The translations under genes were made by a program, and so were the position numbers. The notes below the pieces were generated by a model. It worked only from the letters and a program-made list of their open reading frames with translations, did not search any database and was not told the origin of the DNA. Source: Candidatus Latescibacterota bacterium (GTDB lineage Bacteria > Latescibacterota > UBA2968). Taken from it: 64,000 bases of DNA. Every line of letters starts with the position of its first letter. The stretch's first letter is position 1. The DNA lies in contig OZ242311.1 of NCBI GenBank assembly GCA_965207885.1, positions 1,408,001 through 1,472,000 of the forward strand. Direction: 5' to 3'. This document shows positions 57,677-64,000 of this stretch, piece after piece.

Positions 57677-58981
57677 TCAACGACTACAAACAGCACCATT
57701 GATAGTATCAAGAGCCGCTTTCACCTCACACCACGGAACCTCATGGGGCAACGTATCCGACAGAGTGGCTCTGGCCGCACAAACACCAGCAGCTTGTCCC
57801 ATTGCCACGGCATTTCCAGTCACCCGATAGCTCGAATGCGCTATAAAATCACCACTGATGCAACGCCCTGCCATCAGCAAGCCATCGACATCCCGTGCAA
57901 TCAGCGCCCTGAGAGGGATATCATAGGGCTGTGACCGATGCGGCTTCGCCTCCACAATCTTTGTTTTTTTCGGATCAGTCGAATGCACGTCAATCCCCAT
58001 CGTAACCCGACAGACCGCATCCTCAAACCGCGCACCCCGCAGAAGGTCCTCTCCGGTCACCTCGTACCGTCCGTGAATCCGCCGTCCCTCCCGAACACCA
58101 ATCTGCGCGCCCGTTGCCACCACGCGCATATCCGACCAGACACCGCCGTGCGCCCGCAAAGCAGCCACCTGTGTATGAATCTCTCGACGCGCGCGAATCA
58201 TCGCCTCTGTAATCGCATTGGCATCATCGCATTGCACGCCGTACTGATGATTCGCCATCAACGCGAACAAATTGTCCCTGATCCGAAACAACGTCGGATG
58301 ACCATACGAAGGCGAAACACCGATCTCCTCCATCAGCGCGCTCAACCTCTGCTTTGGCTCTACCATAGACCCGCCCACATAGGGTTCGATCTGATCGAAC
58401 TGCAACCCCGTAATCAACGCCATCAGGCTCATCGGCTGAACATCCCCGGTCTCCGGATGACCGACATCGAACCCGCATCCGCAAAGCGCCCCCAGATCAC
58501 CGTCGCCAGTCGCATCGACAAAAGCCTTCGCATGCCATGCTTCTCGTCCACTTTTGGACTCCGTAATCACGACCGAAAGCCTGTTCTCGCTATCCCGTGC
58601 TGCACCAACCACGCGCGTCAACAGCCGAATCTCAACACCTGCCTCGACACACATCTCGTCGAGAAGCAACTTCATCTCTTCGACATCATACGCGTAATTC
58701 TTTCCACCTTGGGCGCGAAGCCTGCGCGCATCCCGCGCGTCGAGCCGAGATGTAATCTCCGCCATAATGCCGGGCTTATCCGCCGAATCGATAATCCAAC
58801 TCAACGCACCTGTCGTCCACACACCCCCCAGGCTACCGTGCAACTCGATCAACCGCGTCCTGGCACCCTGACGCGCACACGCGATCGCAGCGGCAATACC
58901 AGCCGGACCCCCGCCACAAACGACCACATCCACATCTTCCACAATCGGAATGTCTCTTTTTTGTTCCTTATGCGTCAACAC
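57677..58981 (-). CDS. FAD-dependent oxidoreductase
   Basis: VCGGGPAG, DATGDGD, REGRRI.G, AGRCIS, GQAAG. Confidence 0.9.
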   Translation of the reverse strand: MLTHKEQKRDIPIVEDVDVVVCGGGPAGIAAAIACARQGARTRLIELHGSLGGVWTTGALSWIIDSADKPGIMAEITSRLDARDARRLRAQGGKNYAYDVEEMKLLLDEMCVEAGVEIRLLTRVVGAARDSENRLSVVITESKSGREAWHAKAFVDATGDGDLGALCGCGFDVGHPETGDVQPMSLMALITGLQFDQIEPYVGGSMVEPKQRLSALMEEIGVSPSYGHPTLFRIRDNLFALMANHQYGVQCDDANAITEAMIRARREIHTQVAALRAHGGVWSDMRVVATGAQIGVREGRRIHGRYEVTGEDLLRGARFEDAVCRVTMGIDVHSTDPKKTKIVEAKPHRSQPYDIPLRALIARDVDGLLMAGRCISGDFIAHSSYRVTGNAVAMGQAAGVCAARATLSDTLPHEVPWCEVKAALDTINGAVCSR

Positions 58982-58994
58982 AGCAGCCTCCTAT

Positions 58995-60926
58995 TCAACT
59001 ACAGTACCTCTCCAACCACGACAACATCCTATCGAGATATTCCACGTGCAGCGCGGGATGCCCGCTCCTCCTGAACCCGTGGGACGATTTAGGAAAGCGC
59101 ACAAACTCCACCGTCTTGCCCTGTCGCTTCAGCGCGACAAAAAACTGCTCGGCCTGCTCGATTGGACAGCGATAGTCCTCCTCCCCGTGCATCAGCAACA
59201 CCGGCGTCTGCACCTCAGATACATACGTCAACGGCGACCGCTCCACAAGAGCCTCCACATTCTCCAGAACCGAACCCTGCCACTGATTCTCTCCAAACGA
59301 CACCCCAATATCTGACGTACCGTACATACTGTGCAAATTGATACACGGAGCACCGATCACCGCCGCCTTGAACCGATGGTCGTGACCGACAATCCAGCTA
59401 CTCATAAAACCGCCATAACTATAGCCGTGAACCCCCAACCGATCTGCATCCACATAGGATCGCTCGCACAGCAGGTCAACCCCTGCCATCAGATCCAAAA
59501 AATCTTCTCCTCCCCAATCCCCCAGCACCGCCTTCAGAAAATCTGGACCATAAGACGACGACCCCCTCGGATTCACCGCCAGCACAATATAGCCCGCACC
59601 CGCCAGAATCTGATGCGTGACATCGTACGAATCCGAAAACCGGCCATTTGGTCCCCCGTGAATATCCAGCACCAGCGGATATGACCTCGCCTCGTCGAAA
59701 TCCTGGGGAAACAGCACCCGCGCCTGAATCGTTTCGCCCCCCCGCTCGAACACCAACTTCTCCACGCGCGCACTGGGATGAGCCTCTAAAAACCCGGCAT
59801 TCACAGCCGTCACCGCGCGTTGTCGTTTCGCCCCCACATCCATCACCACCACATCGCACGGACACACAGGCGAAGTCATCACCATAGCCACCCGCGCACC
59901 CGTGCGGTCAACCGACAAACCCGTACAAACCCGACTGCCCCCATCCACAACCTCGGTCTGCAAAGAAGGAGCATCGGGATTCACCCGACACAAAAACGAC
60001 TCACCCGCCCTGTCACCGATAAACAAAATCTCGCCCTTCGGCGTCCAGCACCGCGGTGCAAGAGGTTGCACAACCGTATAAACATCACCCTCTAAATACA
60101 CCGGCGATTCGTCTTCCTCGAGCACAAACAACCACGACTGCCTTGAATCCCACACATCCGCGTCGTGAGAACCCGCAACCACCAGCCGCTTCCCATCCGG
60201 CGACCACGCCACGGACTCTGCGCGGCTCAACCCCTGCGACCAGCACCGCGACCTATCGCCCGCCTTGTCCATCACATGGACCTCTGAACCCCGCACAAAA
60301 TCGCGCTCCTCAACGCAATCCGTCACAAAAGCAATACGACTCCCATCGGGCGACCACGCCGGCACCCCGTGGTCGCCTTCCCCATCTGTAATCTGCGTCG
60401 CCTCGCCCGTTACAGCATCCACCAGAAACAACTGCGAAAATGCATCGCCTCGCCAACCACCCTCGTCATCGCGATACCGCACGCGACGGGCGACTTGCGT
60501 CCTCGGCACCTTCTCCTCGTCTTCTACCTCGCGATCTGGATCCACGCGAGACACAACGACAAACTCCGAACCATCAGGCGACCACGCCATATCCTTCACG
60601 CCATCGGGAAGCGTCGTCACCTCCCTCGCATCTCCACCATCGACTGGCATCACCCAGACCTGCTTTTTATCGTCCTCTCCCGAACGCAAAAAAGCCAGAG
60701 ACTTCCCATCAGCCGAAAGTCTGGGCGCACTGTCCCCTGGCTCCTGCGTCACATCGACAGCATCTCCCCCCACAAGCGACAGCATCGCGATCTGCGACTC
60801 CCGCTTCATCGTCTCCTTGTTGATCTCCTGCCGCACGAAAACCACAGCTGACCCATCTGCCGCGATCTCCACTGCCGATACTTCGATCAAATCGTACGTA
60901 TGCTCGGGTTTAATTGGCGACGACAT
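58995..60926 (-). CDS. S9-family peptidase (acylaminoacyl peptidase-like)
   Basis: WSPDG propeller repeats, IHGGP, GYSYGG, D.RC, H.F catalytic triad. Confidence 0.93.
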   Translation of the reverse strand: MSSPIKPEHTYDLIEVSAVEIAADGSAVVFVRQEINKETMKRESQIAMLSLVGGDAVDVTQEPGDSAPRLSADGKSLAFLRSGEDDKKQVWVMPVDGGDAREVTTLPDGVKDMAWSPDGSEFVVVSRVDPDREVEDEEKVPRTQVARRVRYRDDEGGWRGDAFSQLFLVDAVTGEATQITDGEGDHGVPAWSPDGSRIAFVTDCVEERDFVRGSEVHVMDKAGDRSRCWSQGLSRAESVAWSPDGKRLVVAGSHDADVWDSRQSWLFVLEEDESPVYLEGDVYTVVQPLAPRCWTPKGEILFIGDRAGESFLCRVNPDAPSLQTEVVDGGSRVCTGLSVDRTGARVAMVMTSPVCPCDVVVMDVGAKRQRAVTAVNAGFLEAHPSARVEKLVFERGGETIQARVLFPQDFDEARSYPLVLDIHGGPNGRFSDSYDVTHQILAGAGYIVLAVNPRGSSSYGPDFLKAVLGDWGGEDFLDLMAGVDLLCERSYVDADRLGVHGYSYGGFMSSWIVGHDHRFKAAVIGAPCINLHSMYGTSDIGVSFGENQWQGSVLENVEALVERSPLTYVSEVQTPVLLMHGEEDYRCPIEQAEQFFVALKRQGKTVEFVRFPKSSHGFRRSGHPALHVEYLDRMLSWLERYCS

Positions 60927-60928
60927 AT

Positions 60929-62074
60929 CTATCTCCCACGCGACGTATAAACGCGACCGCCCTTGACAACCGCAACCGGCACCAGATTCTGCCGACCCAT
61001 CCGAACTTCTCCGCGCGAATCCTCAAGCCGAAACGCCCCTTCTCGCAACTCAAACACCACAGCATCCCCAAACGCTCCCTTTGCCAGCGTCCCCACCTCG
61101 CCCTTCATCCCAATCACCTCAGCAGGCACAGACGTCACGCGCGAGATCGCCTCTTCCATCGACAGACCCAGATGCAAAAATTTTGTCACCACAGACGCGA
61201 GATCGTAAACAGGACCATTTACATTGTAAATATGCAAATCTGATGAAATCGTAGTCGGCAGAACATCCTGTGACATCGCCGCCTCGACAATCTCCCACGA
61301 AAAAGACCCCGCCCCGTGTCCCACATCGAACACAACGCCCCCCTCAACCGCATCCAGAACCGAATCGCGGATGCGACCTTCGCCATCGAGAATCCCGCAC
61401 GGAAAGTCGTGAAAACAATGCGTCAAAATATCTCCGCTCTTCATCACCTTCAAAATATCGTCAATTGAATCGCACCACGCATCCTGCGGATGCACCATAA
61501 TCGGCAACCCGGCCGCATCTGCCGCCTCTCTCGCTCTGTGCAAAGGCAGCATCCCGGACCGCTCGCTGACAATACTATTCCGCGTCAGCCGAACCTTCAC
61601 CCCGAGAACAATATCGCGGTGCTGTTCAATCATGCGGCATGCCTTATCCACATCCGCGTATTCGGGAATCTCGAACTCGCCAATCTCGGCAGTCAGCATA
61701 CCCTGCGACGAGATATTCATCTGCGCCAGAATCCGCGTCTCGCTCACATCGATCACGTACTTCCGGAACCCCGGAAAAATATCTGCACCAGCAGACCCCG
61801 CATCGACCACAGTCGTCGCGCCTCGCGCAAGACATGTAGGATCGGGTTCAATACCGTAATGGCTGACACCTGCAAATACATGGACGTGAATATCGATCAA
61901 CCCCGGCGTCACCACACAACCCGCAGCATCAATCACCTCGCGGGCATCGCCCGTATCCAGATCTTCCCCAACAGCAGCAACCAGTCCCCCTGCGAACGCC
62001 ACATCCCGCACGGCACTGAGGCTTTCCGCCGGATCGACCAGCGTCCCGCCCTTGATGAGCAAATCGTATCGCAT
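60929..62074 (-). CDS. Amidohydrolase/deacetylase-family metallohydrolase (dihydroorotase-like)
   Basis: PGLIDIHVH, DAGSAG, GVKVR, DVGHGAGSFS, ISSD; RBS before ATG at 62074. Confidence 0.9.
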   Translation of the reverse strand: MRYDLLIKGGTLVDPAESLSAVRDVAFAGGLVAAVGEDLDTGDAREVIDAAGCVVTPGLIDIHVHVFAGVSHYGIEPDPTCLARGATTVVDAGSAGADIFPGFRKYVIDVSETRILAQMNISSQGMLTAEIGEFEIPEYADVDKACRMIEQHRDIVLGVKVRLTRNSIVSERSGMLPLHRAREAADAAGLPIMVHPQDAWCDSIDDILKVMKSGDILTHCFHDFPCGILDGEGRIRDSVLDAVEGGVVFDVGHGAGSFSWEIVEAAMSQDVLPTTISSDLHIYNVNGPVYDLASVVTKFLHLGLSMEEAISRVTSVPAEVIGMKGEVGTLAKGAFGDAVVFELREGAFRLEDSRGEVRMGRQNLVPVAVVKGGRVYTSRGR

Positions 62075-62103
62075 CGCAACCCCCTTCTCGTAAATTCCTT
62101 CAC

Positions 62104-62886
62104 TCACCCGGCGTGTACGCGCGGCATGATCAAGCGGCGTTTACGCGCCAGGGGCAAACCGGCAAAAGCGCAACGGTTATTCCACTGATCTATAGCCGCG
62201 GCACTTTTGTATTCGTTAATAATGGCGTGGCGGCCCCGCTGGGTATAGTTATGCCCAGCTCTGTGTACGACCAGCACGTGAATAATCGCCACATCGCCGG
62301 GTTGCGCGCTCAGAACAACTGGACGTTCGGGAGCAATCAAATCATCTGCAATCGAGTGACCTCTGTACGTGGGAAACTCGCCCTCACGGTGAGAACCAGG
62401 CACCACCTCAGTGGCCCCGGCCTCAAAATCAGTGGGATCGAGATACGTGATTGCCGCGGCCAGATCCGGAATCGTATGCCGCTCGTACGGCCAATCCTGA
62501 TGCCAGCTCTGCGCGCAGAAAAAACCGGGTGGTTTATTGCGGATCTTCCCATTGTGAAAATCGAGATCAGGCCCCAAAAGATCAACCATAACCGAAACAA
62601 TGCGCGGCTCGGTGAACTGATCGAACCAGTAGTCATCAGCCAGCGTCTGATCCATCATACCCACCACATTCTCCGGATTAAAAGGATCGGGCTGATACCC
62701 CTCGGGCACCTCCATAAAACTGTAGCGCATATTTTGGGGACGACCTTCTGTGCGGACGACCAGATCGTGGAAACGGCCGCGCATCTCCTTCATTTCTCGG
62801 GAATCGTAAAAACCCTCCAAAAAGAGAAAGCCATCCTCGTCAAAAGCACGCTTCTGCTCTGGCGTCAAAATCAACAAATCAGACAT
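62104..62886 (-). CDS. Phytanoyl-CoA dioxygenase (PhyH) family protein
   Basis: F.EDGF, KPP, WHQD, VVPGSH, HRAG.N. Confidence 0.9.
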   Translation of the reverse strand: MSDLLILTPEQKRAFDEDGFLFLEGFYDSREMKEMRGRFHDLVVRTEGRPQNMRYSFMEVPEGYQPDPFNPENVVGMMDQTLADDYWFDQFTEPRIVSVMVDLLGPDLDFHNGKIRNKPPGFFCAQSWHQDWPYERHTIPDLAAAITYLDPTDFEAGATEVVPGSHREGEFPTYRGHSIADDLIAPERPVVLSAQPGDVAIIHVLVVHRAGHNYTQRGRHAIINEYKSAAAIDQWNNRCAFAGLPLARKRRLIMPRVHAG

Positions 62887-62898
62887 GACACAATCCTC

Positions 62899-63861
62899 CT
62901 ATAACAACACGGGCAATAGATAAGCGATAGCAACACTAACGATCAGACCGAAAGTGATCTTTGCGAAATCGGAAAGCACCAGACGCGACACCTCCCGGCG
63001 GCTACGGTGCTTCTCGTTCCCTGCAACGGCGATCTCGCGTCCTGCCAGCAGACCAACGAAAACCCAGGTCGTACTCATCGGGAGCTTGCTAACTTCCTTA
63101 AACAGGAACAGCACAATGCCGTAAATCAAATCTACAAACGTCGCCGAACGGATATCAGTAGTATTCGTCTTCGTCAACACCACCTTCTGGATCGCACCGC
63201 CATGCGTATAAAAGATAACGGCTTGCATAGCCAGCATGGCGACAATGGATACAATGAACCATTCCACGGGTATGTCTGGGATACGAGTAACCGGGTCGCG
63301 CGGCAGGAAAACATAGATATTGGCCAGATCCTGAATCAGCCACTGGCTCCAGAGAAAACCGGTTGAGCACCACTGAGCCACCACCCACCAGGGACTTTTC
63401 GGTCCCTCCGTTTGCCTGAAACGGGACTCTAACCCCCGCGTAACCAGCCTGTAAATAAAGATAGCGGCCACGAATGCCGTCGCATATCCAGCCAACGACT
63501 TGATCAGCATGCTCGGCAATGCCTTTGGTGCAAACACAGTCAGCGTCAGGAAAGTAGTACTAACCGGAATACCTCCGCGGGTCAGCAAAAGCAGTACAAA
63601 AGGCGGGATACAGTAAACCCAGTTAAAATGGTCTGGCACTGTAATCGCCGTAAGCCTCCCATACGAGACATCGCCATCATAGACCACCCACCCATACACG
63701 AGGACCACAGTCAGAATGCCGCCGCCAAAGAGCCACAGCACCCACCAGGGACGGTGAGAGTTGGAGCTGAGAAACGTCCCCAGCGTCTGAATTGCGTCGT
63801 TGCCGACAATAGAATACGCACCGAGCAAAAAGCCGATGACCATTAAAACTTCCAAACTCAT
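62899..63861 (-). CDS. Multi-pass membrane protein, PiT phosphate-transporter-like
   Basis: VGNDAIQTLG, GIPVSTT, QDLAN, LPMSTT repeated signature. Confidence 0.7.
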   Translation of the reverse strand: MSLEVLMVIGFLLGAYSIVGNDAIQTLGTFLSSNSHRPWWVLWLFGGGILTVVLVYGWVVYDGDVSYGRLTAITVPDHFNWVYCIPPFVLLLLTRGGIPVSTTFLTLTVFAPKALPSMLIKSLAGYATAFVAAIFIYRLVTRGLESRFRQTEGPKSPWWVVAQWCSTGFLWSQWLIQDLANIYVFLPRDPVTRIPDIPVEWFIVSIVAMLAMQAVIFYTHGGAIQKVVLTKTNTTDIRSATFVDLIYGIVLFLFKEVSKLPMSTTWVFVGLLAGREIAVAGNEKHRSRREVSRLVLSDFAKITFGLIVSVAIAYLLPVLL

Positions 63862-64000
63862 AAATCCCCTCCCTATAAGGTTGTGTTAAATCCATTACCC
63901 GAGTCATGGCAGATATTCAACGAATGATTGCGATGATACGCATATCACGCAATCGAAAGATCAAATTTAACACGCGACTGATCGGGTGCAGCGGTAAATG

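Noticed and set aside
63870-63895. Possible Pho box upstream of the PiT-like gene
   Set aside because: Only one convincing TTAACA half-site
1-64000. tRNA, rRNA, riboswitch, CRISPR array or prophage
   Set aside because: None recognised by eye; intergenic spaces are short and mostly explained

Overview
Bacterial genomic window with about 55 CDS and no rRNA, tRNA or CRISPR array seen. The gene style (PhyH/TauD dioxygenases, MacB-like permease with a sigma-54 promoter) suggests a Gram-negative FCB-group organism such as Latescibacterota, but this is inference only. Left to right: (1) a sigma-54-driven MacB/FtsX permease; (2) IS4-family copy 1; (3) a minus-strand run galU - GHMP kinase - GT4 - TPP enzyme - PBP1A - beta-propeller; (4) plus-strand metabolic genes; (5) an island with a 1725-aa exonuclease-like/RecQ/UvrD fusion followed by FitA/VapC, a hicA remnant and hicB; (6) Mrp, an RND efflux system with an enlarged permease, DUF2227, M23-bactofilin and hflX; (7) an ~18 kb array (38.7-56.5 kb) of about 23 small co-oriented GNAT, NUDIX, APH, ANT, AAC(3), HIT and similar genes; (8) a minus-strand catabolic run. 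The array has no visible attC sites or integrase. Several of its junctions contain 3' tails of vanished genes that begin right at the upstream stop codon. It is interrupted by an intact IS200/IS605 element (inferred TAM TTAG) and IS4 copy 2. The best candidates for something new are this attC-less cassette-like array and the double-helicase fusion island.
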